A stretch of DNA of 64,000 nucleotides from Felis catus (lineage: Eukaryota), in contig NC_058383.1 of assembly GCF_018350175.1 (NCBI RefSeq), forward strand, positions 2,976,001 through 3,040,000, written 5' to 3'. The number at the start of each line of letters is the position of its first letter. Positions within the stretch are counted from its first letter, which is position 1. Positions 1 to 12,660 of the stretch are shown piece by piece. The notes below the pieces were generated by a model. It had not been told where the DNA came from, did no database searches, and saw only the letters and a list, made by a program, of their open reading frames with translations. Made by a program: the position numbers and the translations under genes.

Positions 1-900
1 TTGAAGATATTGTGCCATTGTCTTGCTTCCAGGATTAAGAAGTTAAAAGCCAATCTGCTTTCTATTTCTTTGATGTGATCTTGGGATTTCTCTTTGCTGT
101 TTGTAAGAATTTCTCTTTCCCCCAGTGTTTTGAAGTTTCACAATGATATACTTGGGTGGAGATCAATTTCCTTCCATTGTGGTGGGTGCTCAGTGGGTCC
201 TTTTAAACCCAGAACTGATTTCTTTCAGTTCTGAGTTTTCTAGAGTAATTTCCTTATGATTTTCTCTCCCTTTATTTTTTTCTGTCCTTCCTTTCTGGGA
301 TTCCTATTATTTGGACGTTGTACCTCCTGGACTGGCCCTCTATTTCTTTTCTTTTACCTTTCTTTGACTTTATGCTCTACTTTCTTTCTGGGAGACTTCT
401 ATAACTTCATACTCCAACTCTTTTTCCCCCTATCATTTTGTTAATTTTGTTAATTTTTAAGAGTTCTTGTTCTGTTCTTTCCCTTTTCGTAGCCTCCTGT
501 TCGTGTTTAATAGATGCAATACTTTGATCATATCTGAAAAGTTTAATAATTTTTTTGAAATTTTCTCTTCTCTTTATAGTCTTTATTTTCCCCATGGTTG
601 TTTTGATTTCCACCTTCTCTGTTGAAGTATTTCCATACATGACCATGAATATTAGATATGTGCTTGTAATACAGACTAGCAGGCTAAAATAAAATGCTGA
701 TTGAAAGTGCTGAGCCTATGGGTGGGGCATGTTAACTCTGAGTAGCATTGTTGGGTGATCTGCTTGAGCTCCTTTTGGGTCACCTTTCGTGTTAGGACCT
801 TTAGAGAACTTCTCCTGCATTGTCAGATTCCCTAGAGACAGTTTCTTCAATCCCTTACTTGGCTTTTGTTGCTTTTCTTCCCTTTCCTTGTCTCTCATTT
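1..900 (-). mobile_element. Ancient L1M fragment (ORF1 region, antisense), degraded
   Basis: T-rich text resembling antisense L1M ORF1 (ttgaagatattgtgccattgtctt...tttcacaatgatatacttgggtg). Boundaries approximate. Confidence 0.6.
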
Positions 901-2544
901 GCTGTCCAGTTGCTATGGTCTGGAGAATCAGGGGAAAATCTTGATTAGGATTGTTTGAAATTAGAACAATTAGATTCTGAGTGGCAGCCTAAGGGACTGC
1001 CCTGTGCATAAGATGTTTTAAATGTGTGGATTTTTGGCAACTGATTTGGTGACCCAGAAACCAGTTTTTATTTATTTTGTATTCTTGGGTGTATTCTGGA
1101 AACCTGATGTATTCATGTAATAGGATTCTCAATAGATGAAGGATTGATGCAGATTGTTCTGGAACAGTTTGTTTTTTCTTAGCTATTTCAGTTGATCCAG
1201 TACATGTACTTATCTAGTTGATTATAAAATAATGTATTCATTAATTCTCTAATCTTAGCAATTATTGCAGTAAACAATACTGGTCCATAATTGCCATAAT
1301 CTTCCTTTTATTTTTTGTTGAAGTAGAGCAGTTGTTTTAACCTTTTACAATTACTGTAGAAAATCCACCAAGTTCTCAAAACTAATGGGAGACTATGGTT
1401 GAGAAATATTTCTTACTTTTGACGTTTTCCAAGGTTTGTGTCCTGAATTCCTGTTGATTTACAGATACTTGGAAATTTAAAGTATCCTGCAGCCATTTTA
1501 GCTTATTCTTGCCTGTGGTTTGACTTCCCAGACGAAAGATGTTTGTTCTTTATAACTTTATATGGTTTTTTACAACATGGGAAATTTTAGTGATAGACAA
1601 ATCTTTAACAAAAATTTCATTTATTTGCTACATTTCATTTAACAAAAATGTCCTTTGGTTACTGCAATTAGACATAGGAATGCTATAATTAGGGTTTATT
1701 TAGCCACTGCCATGAAAAAAAAACCTGTGAGATGAAAATTCAGTGTACACAAGGATCATTAATTGAGGATTGCATTTTCAGAGAGTTTTAACAGTCATTG
1801 TTTCAACTAAAAATTTTTACAAAATGTTTCATAAGGTAATTTTGATTTTAATAGCACCTCTAATACACTTAAAGCGTGATCACATAAACAAAATGTGGAT
1901 TCACGTACATTTCTATAGTTACGTATCTTACATAAGCAAACCACTCTGACTTCTTGACAAGTGAAAGGGGCTTTTGTTAGAATCAGCTCCAGCTTCTGAT
2001 TTTCTGAATGACCTTGAGAAAGTTGTTTACTTTGTTCTATATAACACACTTTTCCTGGCTATAAAACTAAGATGAAGATGTTAATCCTGAGCCCACCAAA
2101 TCATTGCCATGTTGTAGTGGTTAATGAACTAGTGTTTGTAGAATATTTTGTTCTGTGTAAAGCTGGAATTACCCAAATAGATGATATTATCATTAATATT
2201 ATGTATTATGTTTAGCACAGTGGACTAGATAATAATGCCATTGTATCATCTAATGTTTTAGATGTCTTTTAATTAAAATTACATGGAGATACTGGTATGC
2301 TTTCTGCAATCTTGTCTTTCCCTGCAAATAACAAGTGAATATTAACATGAAATATTTCAGTTATACATAATTACAAGGTTCTTAAGAATTTGTCAGCTCC
2401 AGGGAAAAAGAGGGAGTAAAAAAATATTCATTAAGACTCAGGAATTCCAGCAGTCATATTTGGAAGAATTGGATTATCTGGCTTATGGTATTAATAATAT
2501 TTCATAATATTCCCTCTTTGCCAGTGATGATTGGGTCATGTCAA

Positions 2545-3300
2545 ACATAGTATACAGTAGTGAACAATCTGCAAATGAAATTAAGAAAACAGCCATATTC
2601 ACAATAGCATCGAAAAGAGTGAAATCTTAAGAATGAAAACCAAGTTAAGATTGGTACACTGAAAGTCATAAAACGTTAAATTAAAGAAGATCTAAATAAA
2701 GAAAAGACATGAAGTGTTTATAGATTGGAAGACTTAATATCAGTAAAATGGCATTATTCCCCCAAATTGATGTACAGATTCAATACAATTCATATAAAAA
2801 AATCCCAGCTGAATCTTTGTGTTGTTGCAGAAATCAGTCAGCTGATCCTAAAATTGCATGGAAATACAAGGCATCCAGAATAACCAAACAATACTGAAAA
2901 CGAAAATCAAAGTTGGAGGATTCACACTTTTCACTTTGAAGCACTCCAGAGTTGCAGTCACCCAGAGGTGTGGTCCTGGCATAAAGACATAGAGACCGAT
3001 GGAATAGAATTGAAAGTCCAAAAATAAACCCGTACATTTATAGTCACTTGATTTTTGACCAAAGTGCCAAGATGATCAAATGGAGGAAAGAATAGTGTTT
3101 GCAGCACATTGTGCTGGGACAACTGGATATCCATGGGAAAAAAAAACATTGGGACCCCTACTTCACACCTGTACAAAAATTAACCCAAAGTTCTTTTTTT
3201 TTAGCTAAATCTATATAACTCTTCGAAGGAAATACGGGAGTATATCTTGAGACATTGGGTTAGATAATAGTTTCTTAGATACTATACAAAAAGCACACTG
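2545..3300 (+). mobile_element. Ancient L1 ORF2 C-terminal fragment
   Basis: Typical L1 ORF2 motifs: gattggaagacttaatat, cagattcaatacaatt, tggaatagaattgaaagtcca, ctgggacaactggatatcca. Reading frame broken. Confidence 0.9.
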
Positions 3301-3302
3301 TA

Positions 3303-3526
3303 GGGGCACCTGGATGGGTCAGTTGGTTAAGCCTTCCACTTCAGCTCAGGTCTTGATCTCATGGTTTGTGAGTTTGAGCCCCACGTCGGGCTCTGTGCTG
3401 ACAGCTCAGAGCCTGAACCTGCTTTGGGTTCTGTGTCTCCCTCACTCTCTGCCCCTTCCCTGCTCATGCTCTGCCTCTCTCTCTCTGTCTGTCTCTTTCT
3501 CTCAAAAGTAAACATTTTAAAAAATA
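3303..3526 (+). mobile_element. CAN-SINE (SINEC_Fc2-like)
   Basis: ggggcacctgg head, CT-rich segment, A tail. TSD aaaagcacactgta / aaaagcacagttta. Confidence 0.95.
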
Positions 3527-3749
3527 AAAAGCACAGTTTATTCATTCACTGAATATCTCATGCACCTTGCATAATATAAATAAGTAAAAATAAAATACAT
3601 AACATTTCAAGGGGTGATACACAACTCTAGATTTGTTTTTGGCTGCTTTAATATGAAAATCCTCTTTGACTATTAGAATAATTTTCCTTAAAAAATACCA
3701 GTTGCATGTACTTGAAAACACGTAGAGATTTTCCTTTTTTCCCTGAACT

Positions 3750-5780
3750 TGCTATGGATTAAATATTTTTAAGTATAACCTGTTATCTCTCTTTTGTCTT
3801 ACCAACTAAACCTTGTTGATTTTTACTGGTTGCTCTAGGATATACAGTGCACTTATTTATTGTTGTTTGTCTCTAAATAATATTCTGTCCCTTTGTGTGA
3901 ACGAGAATACCTTAAACCGGTACACTTTCATCTCCCCCTTCTTGCCCTTTGTGCTGTTACCATTTTCCATCTTTTGTATATGATTCAAGCCCTGTAGCAA
4001 GTTGTATTTTGCTTTCACTCTCAATTGTCTCTTAAAGAAATGTAAAAATCCGAAAAAATTGATTTATAATTACCCATGTTTACCACTTATGATGCTTTTT
4101 ATTCCTTTTTGTAGGTACACCTTGGCATCCTGTAACATTGTCTTTTTCCCTGAAGACCCTTTTAAAGCTTTTCTTGTTCACGTCTTTTGAAAACAAATTC
4201 TCTAAGCATTTCTTTGGTTGCAAACCAATTTTGGTTCTATTTTTAAATGACATTTTCAGTGGATATAGAATTCCAAGGTGACAGTTTTATTTATTCTTCC
4301 TGAAAGATAAGGATGGTCTTCCATTGTCTTCTGACTTGTATTGTTTCCGATGAAAAGTCAATAGTAACTCTTCCTGTTCCCTGTGTGTAATTTATCTTGT
4401 TTTCCCCTCTAGCTGCTTTACAAGCATTTCTGTTGTCACTGTCTTTAAGGATTTTCATTATGAAGTGCCTTGGGATGTTGGCTTGGTTCTTAGTTTTTTG
4501 GGGGTTTATCAGCCTTTGGGATATATGGGCTTATATTTTTAACTAATTTGCTAAAAGTTAAATGTTATATTTTGGTATCATTTTCCCTCTTCCAGAACTC
4601 CAATGAGATGTATAGTATATTGCTTGATGATTTCCCGGTTTACCCAGGTATTTTTTCAAGCTTTTTCTCTCCATGCTTCAGTCTGTACACTTCCTATTGC
4701 CCTGTCTTTGAATTCACTGATCTTTTCTTCTCCTATGTTTATGTACATTAAAGCAAATCCACTGACTTTTTCATTTCATTTCAGTTTTCAACTTGTTCAT
4801 TATGTTCTTGTTTCTCTTTAAATCCTCAGATATATTTATGAACTCATTTGAAGTCCTCGCCTGTTAATTCCATCATCTCTGTCATTGCTTCATCTCTTGA
4901 TATTGTCTGATTGTTTTCCTGGTTAAGATTTGCATTTTTCAGTTGGTTTAGTGGCCGACTCTTGATTTTGGCCCAGGTCATAGTTCTGGGGTCATGGGAT
5001 TGGGCTCCACACTGAGTCTGGAGCCTGCTCGGATTCTCCCTCTCTCCCTCCCTCCCTCTTGCATGCATGCTCTCTCTCTCTGTCCCTCTGTCTCTGTCTC
5101 TGTCTCTCTCATTCCCCCATCCGCTCCTCTCCCCCACTCGCATGCTCTGTCTCAAAAAAAAAAAGTTGCATTTTCTTCCAAAAAATATGTATTTTTATTC
5201 TGGAAGCAAGCTATATTACATGTTTATAAACTCTATCTCATCAAGTCTATCTTGTGTGCTCTGCTGGTGGGGAAACTGTACTTGTTGATGACTTGGGTGA
5301 GTCTCTATGGCAGCATTTGTTTATCTTGATTCTAATGCGTGGTCTTCTAGGGCTCTTGTGCAGCCCCACGTGTTGAAGGAGGTTCCTGTATGCACTCCAG
5401 AAGTCCTTCACGCATACTGTTTAGGATTCAGACCAAGAATGGAGGGGACTCATTTGTAGTTTTTGGGACTTCTTTGTCTGTAGAACTTCTCCGTTTTAGT
5501 ACTCTGGCCAGCGGTCTCCTCTCATCATTGTGTCCTCCACTGACAAGACCACTGTGCACTGCTTGGGCTCCCACTCTCACACCATACTGCAGTAAATGCC
5601 TCCAGCAGAGACCCACGATACCTGTGGGGCTTGCCTCATTTGTTTGCTGTTTCTCATGCCTCCTAGTCCAGTGACAGAAAACATTTCTTCCTCATATTTT
5701 GTCCCATTTTCTAGCTTTTTACTCCAGGATTGCTAGTACAATGCCAGTTAGTCTACAATGTCTGGGAATCCCTTATTTAT
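3750..5780 (-). mobile_element. Ancient L1M fragment (ORF1/5' region, antisense), interrupted by a SINE
   Basis: Motifs such as ttttcagtggatatagaattccaaggtgacag and ccattgtcttctgacttgtattgtttccgatgaaaagtca. Confidence 0.75.
4941..5164 (+). mobile_element. CAN-SINE, 5'-truncated, older subfamily
   Basis: cgactcttgattttggcccaggtcat...ggagcctgct, CT-rich segment, A tail. Degenerate TSD ttgcattttt / ttgcattttc. Confidence 0.9.
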
Positions 5781-5819
5781 TATTATTATTTAACTTGGTA
5801 ATTTTTTGCTAATGCAGAG

Positions 5820-6755
5820 AGTTTCTCATGTCTTTGCTGTATTACTGCATCTAGAACAAAACCTGATGCACAGTAAGTGCTTAATAAGTATTTGTAGAAT
5901 GCTTTATTCAACTGATGATCTCCTTTGCTCCTGTATGTTCGCTTTCTTCTGTACTCACTTCTTCTAACTAGCATTGAAGTATGCTGATCTCCCCTTGTCT
6001 TAAACAGCCATATCTGGACCTGCGATCACTTAATTCTGAACCTACTCCATTCTAGTTTCACCTAGTAGTTTCTCTGCAGTAGTATTCACCAGGGTTACTC
6101 ATGGACCTGTCTCAGTACTAATCTACCTTGATTTCTGGTGACACTTGACTCTTGACTCTTTGAGAGTTTCCTTTCCCCTGACTGTTTTGAGATAGTAAGT
6201 CCCTCCCTTTCTTTTTTGCCTTCTGGCTCTCCCTTTCTTGTCTGGTTTCCTTTTCTCTTCCCAACTATTAAATGCTGATGATTCTTGGAGTATTGCTTAT
6301 GGCCTTTGTCTTACCTAATTCAATACACTCTTCCTTAGCAGTGCTCTACACATCGATAACTTCAGTTACCATTCACGTGTTGCTGTTGTCCGTATTTTTT
6401 TTTTCCTGATCACATTTTTATCTGAGCTTCTGATTCATGTAGACAACTGGCTCTTGGCTTCCTTGTCCACCAGGCTCTTAAACTCATTGTACCCCAAGCT
6501 GAACTAATCATTACTCTTGCCTAACATCATCACAAAAGTTTTCTGTACTTACGTATCTTAACACTTAAAGCCCTTCTATGAAAATTGCCTTATATTGCAT
6601 TATCCTTGTTCCAAAGTTGCTTGTCTCCCTTTTTCTTATTATTTTTCTTATTTCTAACAATTTTTCTTATTGTAAATTCTTTGATGGCAGGGACTGTTTC
6701 TGTCAGTGGTTGCTCAGTATGCATGTGTTGAATAAACAAATGAAGGAATGAATAT
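5820..6755 (+). mobile_element. L2 fragments
   Basis: L2 3' end motifs: cacagtaagtgcttaataagtatttg and tgctcagtatgcatgtgttgaataaacaaatgaaggaatgaat. Confidence 0.7.
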
Positions 6756-6986
6756 GATTCATAGGAAGTGGTTATTTTATTGAATGTGACATGTAGTTGA
6801 TTGTTTTTCTCTTGAAAAATAAACACCTCTACGATATTTTGGTAACTGGAATGTATTAATAGTGGTGGCAGTGACAGTGGTCTTAGGCAGGGAGCAGTGA
6901 TGAATTGAACATTATGTGGCAGCCTATGAAATGAGGTGGGTGTGTATCTGTGTGTCTTTGTGTGCATGCCTGTCAGGTATGTACAC

Positions 6987-7026
6987 GCACACACACATAC
7001 ACACACACACATACACACACACACAC
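6987..7026. repeat. Imperfect (CA)n microsatellite
   Basis: Read directly from the sequence. Confidence 0.9.
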
Positions 7027-7209
7027 GATATCCATTCTAAGGGAGCAGTCAGAACACTGAGTAAGATCCAGTTGTGGTAGACAGTGGAATTGTGCCCAGT
7101 GACTTGACCCCCAAGCTACCAGCTCTGTGACAGATGCTTGTGGGGGATCCTTGGACTTTGCTAGTTGTGCCGTTTTTCCAGCGTTAGTGATGTGACCTGC
7201 ACAGGCCAA

Positions 7210-7400
7210 CCTGGAGCCAGAATTGCTTGGATTTGAATTCCAGCTCTGCCAAAATGTGACCTTGGGTAAGTTTCTTCCCCTTTTTGTGTTTTAGTTTCTC
7301 TACATGTAAAGTGGGGATGATGAGAATACTCACAGAGGAAATGTTTGTAAAGGACTGAAAGCTGCCTGGCACATAATAATTGCTATTTAAAGGTTTGTTA
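7210..7400 (+). mobile_element. MIR
   Basis: Core motif tttgaattccagctctgcc...tgtgaccttgggtaagtt...agtttctctacatgtaaagtgggga. Confidence 0.85.
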
Positions 7401-7418
7401 AATGAATTCTTAAAATCA

Positions 7419-7591
7419 GGGCACCTGGGAAACCCAGTCAGTTAAGCATCTGACATTAGCTCAGGTCATGATCTCATGGCTTGTGGGTTTGAATCCTACA
7501 TCTGGCTCTGTGCTGACAGCTCAGAGCCTGGAGCCTGCTTCAGATTCTGTGTCTCCCTCTCTCTCTGTCCCTCCCTTGCTCGTGCTGTGAC

Positions 7592-7646
<55 letters not shown>

Positions 7647-7685
7647 AATAAATACACATTAAAACTAAAAAAAAAAAAAAAAAAA
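7419..7685 (+). mobile_element. CAN-SINE (SINEC_Fc2-like) with (CT)n and long A tail
   Basis: SINE body. TSD gaattcttaaaatca / gaattcttacaagca. Confidence 0.95.
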
Positions 7686-8026
7686 GAATTCTTACAAGCA
7701 TAGTGTTAGAAGTCATTCTTTCACTTCTGTTCTACAGATCCAGATCTGAGGCCCAGACAGCTGATGTGTTACCGAAGGTTCCTCAAGTAGCAGAGGAATC
7801 TTCTGTCCCCGTGCCACTTCCCCTAGACCGCACCCTCCTCTTCACTCACTGTGACACCCTCCACTTGATGTCACAGGGCAGGCTCACATGGTACAGGCAT
7901 TCTCTGTTCTTGGCCCTAGGTAGGATTGCTAGAAGAAAAGGAAAAAGACAGGTACAGAGAGCCCACAAATACACATAGGCCGTGAGCATTTGGAGACTAA
8001 ATTTTAGAGAATAGAATGAGTTAGGT

Positions 8027-8142
8027 CAGTGGTTCTCAACTCAGGCTGCACATGAGGATCAGACCTCCAGCAGATGGGGGCCAGTACTTTTCGCAGCCCC
8101 CCTGTGACTGTGAGGTGCAGCTGTGGTTGAGAAGAACCACTA
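8027..8142. mobile_element. MER5A-like hAT-Charlie MITE
   Basis: Terminal inverted repeats cagtggttctcaac ... gttgagaagaaccact. Confidence 0.7.
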
Positions 8143-8781
8143 AGGAAGAGCTGGTGGGGGCTTGGGTCCAATCTTGTTCCCCGAGGCTCTCTAAGAGAGC
8201 CTTATCAAAATCTCTGTTTTCCCAGTGCATGGAGCTGGGTTCGTTTTTTTTCTTTTTTCTTTTTTTTTCTTTTTTAACTGCAAGTTAAATTCAACTTTGC
8301 AAACAATGTGTGCTGCTAGTCGGCTTGGCAAGGGAAGAGCTTTGCTCAAGGTGATGAGAGAGCCAGTGTGTCTCCGGGAGTTGAAGGTTTCATAGGGAGG
8401 CAGTGGCTACTTGCTCACCTTGTAATTGGTTTGCACAGGGCGTTCTCTTGCCAGAATAGGTGTGCCTTACAATGTTGTGGTGGCTCAAAGTTGTAACTCT
8501 GCTGGCCATGGCAGCATTTGATTGTTTGTGTCATGTGACAGTATTGCAATTGGCTGTCAAAGTTCTCGTTTTTGCTTTTTAAGAAAAAATGAATTCGCAC
8601 GCCAGATGGAGGACCAAATGAGGAATTGAAGGCTGGCTTCGGGGAAGGAGCGTCTTTTTCTTTCTTTCCAGACATTCTTTCCACGTGTTTCAGTGTATGT
8701 TTTTCTCCATGAGGAGGTTACTTTGCTGATAATTGACAATAGTCACCTTTAGCAGTGCACACATTAAGTGTCACTGGTCTT

Positions 8782-9020
8782 TTTTTTTCTTTTAACCTTT
8801 TTTCTTTCTTCTTCTTTTTTTTTTTAACATTTATTTAGTTTCGAGAGACAGAACACAAGTGGGGGGAGTGCAGAGAGAGAAGGAGACACAGAATCCGAAG
8901 CAGGCTCCAGGCTCTGAGTTGTCAACACAGGGCCTGACGTGGGGCTGGAACTCACAAGCTGTGATATCATGACCTGAGCTGAAGTCGGACGCTCAACCGA
9001 CTGAGCCACCCAGGCGCCCC
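8782..9020 (-). mobile_element. CAN-SINE (SINEC_Fc2-like)
   Basis: Perfect 16-bp TSD aagtgtcactggtctt at 8766-8781 and 9021-9036. Confidence 0.97.
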
Positions 9021-9119
9021 AAGTGTCACTGGTCTTAAAGAGAGAAGTGTAACATTTTAAGTTAATTTTAGGCACATTTCCCTTGGTGATCATGTGTATC
9101 ATGGGAAATGTACTGCTTT

Positions 9120-9900
9120 TTTCATTTGTTCAATACATATTTATTTAGCAGGTACTATGTGCCAGTTAAACTCTAGATGCTTGGAAGACAGTGAACCAAA
9201 GGGACAGAAATGCCTACCCTTCTTGAGCTTTTGTTTAGTGACAACATTCAGAGGGGACAAAGACTAAATGGTAAACATAAATAAATGATACAGTAGGTCG
9301 TAAGGTGATAAATGCTGTGCAGATAGAAAAGGGCAGGGGGTAAATGATGCAGTTTTAAACCTAGCGGTTGAGGAGTGCATCATGGGGTCACTGACATTTG
9401 AGCAAAGACTTGAGAGGAGTGAGGGGGTGTGCCCTGCAGTTTCTCCAGAAAGAGCATTCTGGGGGGTGCAGTCGCCAGTAGAGGAATGTTCATCAGGTTC
9501 GCAGGAGCAGCTGGGTTCCCTGGGAGCCCATGGGCTGCAGACAACTGTGGTCCCTGGAAGAAAAGTCAGAGAGTGAGCAGAGGCTTGGCCACCAGTGCCT
9601 GGGGAAGGATTTTGGTTTTGGCTTTGTGTAAGATGGGAAGCCATCGGAGGAAGATGGAGCAGGACCAACGGGAAGAGGGCCACTGTGGCTGCTGTGTTGA
9701 GGAGGTCAGAGATGAGGCTGAAGGCCGGCCACCAGGTCAGGGGCTAGTGTAATAATCCAGGCAACAGAAGGGGCCGGCCAGGGTGGCAAGGATGTCTCTG
9801 AGGGTAGAGCCAATGGGATTCTGTGATGGATGTGTGTCATTAGAGAAAGATGAGTGGAGGGTGACCCCAGGCGTGCTCCTTTCTGCTGAAGTTCGCCACA
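9120..9900 (-). mobile_element. L2a fragment
   Basis: ttcatttgttcaatacatatttatttagcaggtactatgtgccag and tgacatttgagcaaagacttga. Confidence 0.85.
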
Positions 9901-10889
9901 GGCTGCAGCTGTTAATTTGATAAGGTGATTGCAAGTTTTATTTCTTCCTTGTCGGGCATTTATCACATAATTTAGTGTGTTCTGAAAACCATACAGTATT
10001 TAGATTATTCTTCTCATTTGCAGAGTGACAGTATCTTTACCAATCTTTTTGTTCCAAGATCTCACATTTGATTTCAGCGATAAAGATTTTTAAGTAAAGC
10101 TATAGTTCAAAAATAATTTCAGTTCCTTGAAGTTAAATTATGTAAAATTCAATAAGTAGATTATCTGGGTCATTTTACTTTGCTTAGTGCTTTACGTTAA
10201 AATTTTTCTGTTTAATGAACGATTAACTAGTAAGTAAAATTTGCTAATCAAATTGTCAGACTCTGTTAAATGGCTTGTCAAAATGTTTATTTAGCAGTTA
10301 TTCCTGACTTCTTAATGTTGTGGAATGCTCTCTAATTTTTTCCTGGTAATTGTGATACATGGCAGTAGTTCACAATTATTTAAAAAAAAAACTTATAAAA
10401 ATTTCAGTACAGAAAATTAGTAAAGCATAAAAAGTTTAAAGAAGCAAAAAAAAAAAAAACAAAAACCCATAATTTTACCATTCTGAGACAACTCCTCCTA
10501 ATGGTATTATTTCCTTTCAATCTTTATTTCTGTGCTTATTTGTATGAATAGTTAAGATTTGGGGTAAATAGAATTTTGTGCTCTTTATCCCCCAACTTAA
10601 CATCACAATACAGGCTTTTCTTCCTGCTTTGTTAAAAATGGATCATGTCCTCCTAAGAGCTGAGTGACGGTAATGAGATTTAATGTTTGCTCATTCTTAG
10701 AAATTGTGGTTATCTTCATCTCTAAAAAGTTATAAATAGCATTGCCATTAAAATCATTATGCATAAAAATTTGACATTTGGATTATTTTCTAAGAGTACA
10801 TTCCCAGAAGTTAAGTGACTACTTTGGCGAATAGAAACATTTTGGATGGTCTGTATATACATTGTGGCATTGCTTTCTGATAATTACAC

Positions 10890-11100
10890 TAATAAAAATA
10901 ACAGCAGTTACCACGACTGAGCTCTTAGCTGTGCCAGGCACTACTCTGAGTGCGTCTCACGTTCCTTCTTGCTAAGTCCTCCCAGCAGCCCTGGGTGTGT
11001 GGGGCCTGTGCTTGAGTCCCGCTTTAGGCCAGATTCGGAGCCAGGATTCACAGTCTGTCCTCCTCCGGAGTCCCTGCTTCTGTGTCTGCTGAGCTGTGGT
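10890..11100 (-). mobile_element. MIR
   Basis: ctgagctcttagctgtgccaggcactactctgagtgc...ggagccaggattc. Confidence 0.65.
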
Positions 11101-11182
11101 TCTTCGCAGGGCAGGAAAGCACCGTGTCAGCTTTGAACCCTGGGTAGCCACTGTTGTAAAATTCCCATTAAAAATCTCCTTA

Positions 11183-11331
11183 TGCTCGTCCCGACAAGTG
11201 CTGGGGGTTGTACATAAGCGATGAACCACGGGAATCTACCCCCAAACCAAGAGCACACTGTGTACACTGTATGTTAGCCAACTTGACGATAAATTATATT
11301 AAAATAAATAAATAACAATAATAAAAAAAAA
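11183..11331 (+). mobile_element. Felid L1 3' end, heavily 5'-truncated, with a short 5' inversion
   Basis: ctgggggttgtacataagcgatgaacc...gttagccaacttgacgataaattatatt followed by an A tail. TSD taaaaatctcctta / taaaagactcctta. Confidence 0.9.
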
Positions 11332-12229
11332 TAAAAGACTCCTTAATTTTACTGAGACTTGGTTTCTTGTTTGGGCTTACTTGTCTTTGAATATTAATGA
11401 AAAGTTATTTAAATACATATTAGCCCTTCGTATTTCTTACTTTGTGCATTGCCTTTTATTTTCACGTTCTTAAATTGCTATCAACTTGCTGTCAGCACTT
11501 TACACATTAAAGAAATTAGCCAGCTATATTGTGTCATATTTGTTACAGATATTTTGTCCAGGTTTGTGGTTTGCTTTTTAATTTTAGGCTGGCTTTGATT
11601 GCAGTTTTTGAGTTTGCTTGAAAATGAGGTCAAAGTAGATTAATTTGTTTCTTCTATGATTTCTTCTATCGCCTTGAAATGTAGGAACATAATCCACAAA
11701 GTTGATTTTTATATCTGCCTTTTCCCCTTCCTTAACTATGAGATTTTGTTTGGATTTGTGTTAACCTTATAAATCAATTTGGGAATAACTGATATTTAAA
11801 AAATAGTCTTCCCATACATAGCAAATGTCTTTATTCAAATCTTGGTCATATTTAGTGTCTCTTTAAGAAGACTTAAGAGTCATGTGGCCAGACAGTAAAA
11901 TAATGGCAAACAATATAAAGAAAATATTAGTATTGTAGAAATAAGGAAAGAGGACAAGAGAGACGAGCCGTTTCAGAACAAATGTCTACAGACTCACTGC
12001 CTGATGAAGTTTGTACGTTTTGACTCTAATTCCCAAAAATGGCAAGAGATTTACAGTAGACATTCTGCATCTCATTAATTGAATATGGTGCATAATTTGC
12101 CGTTGTGTCTTGGGTATGTTTTTATGTGTTAATTTGTATATTCTGTTAATGAAACAAGGAAAAATATGTAGTTGAAACTTATATATTTGTGGGAAATTTA
12201 CATAGCCATTAGAATAGCTTTAGTTTCCT

Positions 12230-12660
12230 TCAATAGGAAATGCACGTGACTTACCCAAGGGAGAGATTTATTTCTCTCTCAAATTTTGAGAAGTAGGCCG
12301 TCTGGGGCCAATGCGATGTCCCTAATCACTAGGACTCAGGCTCCGTGTGACTGAACACTGTCCCTCCTCCAGTGTGCCTCTTCATTGTCCTGCATGGGTG
12401 CTGTTGTCCAACTGTCTTGGGTCTCAGCCTCCAGGAAGGAGAGGAGCAGAGAAAAACAGGACAAATGGCACATCCTTGGCTTTCTTTTAAGGGTTCTGAA
12501 AGTTGCTCTACAGGACTTAAACACTGCGTCTTGTTGGCCAAAACTCTGGGCCTTTGGAGCAAGATATAATATCTTGTGCTCAGCTGAAAGTCTGAGTTGT
12601 ATTACTACAGAGAAATGGGAGAATGGACATTGGGCTAGTTGAGTAGCCATTTCTGTTTCA
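12230..12660 (-). mobile_element. Old MaLR LTR (MLT1J/K-like)
   Basis: agatttattctctctc, ttgttggccaaaact, gggagaatggacattggg resemble late MLT1 LTRs. Confidence 0.55.

Noticed and set aside
3303..3390. tRNA-like A/B boxes
   Set aside because: Heads of tRNA-derived SINEs with CT tracts, A tails and TSDs, not tRNA genes.
3314..3552. Recurrent peptides such as SAQVMIS...LEPASDSVSPSLSAP (also at 7476, 8824, 19748, 23928, 24183, 38867, 52704, 60413)
   Set aside because: Translations of CAN-SINE sequence, not a gene family.
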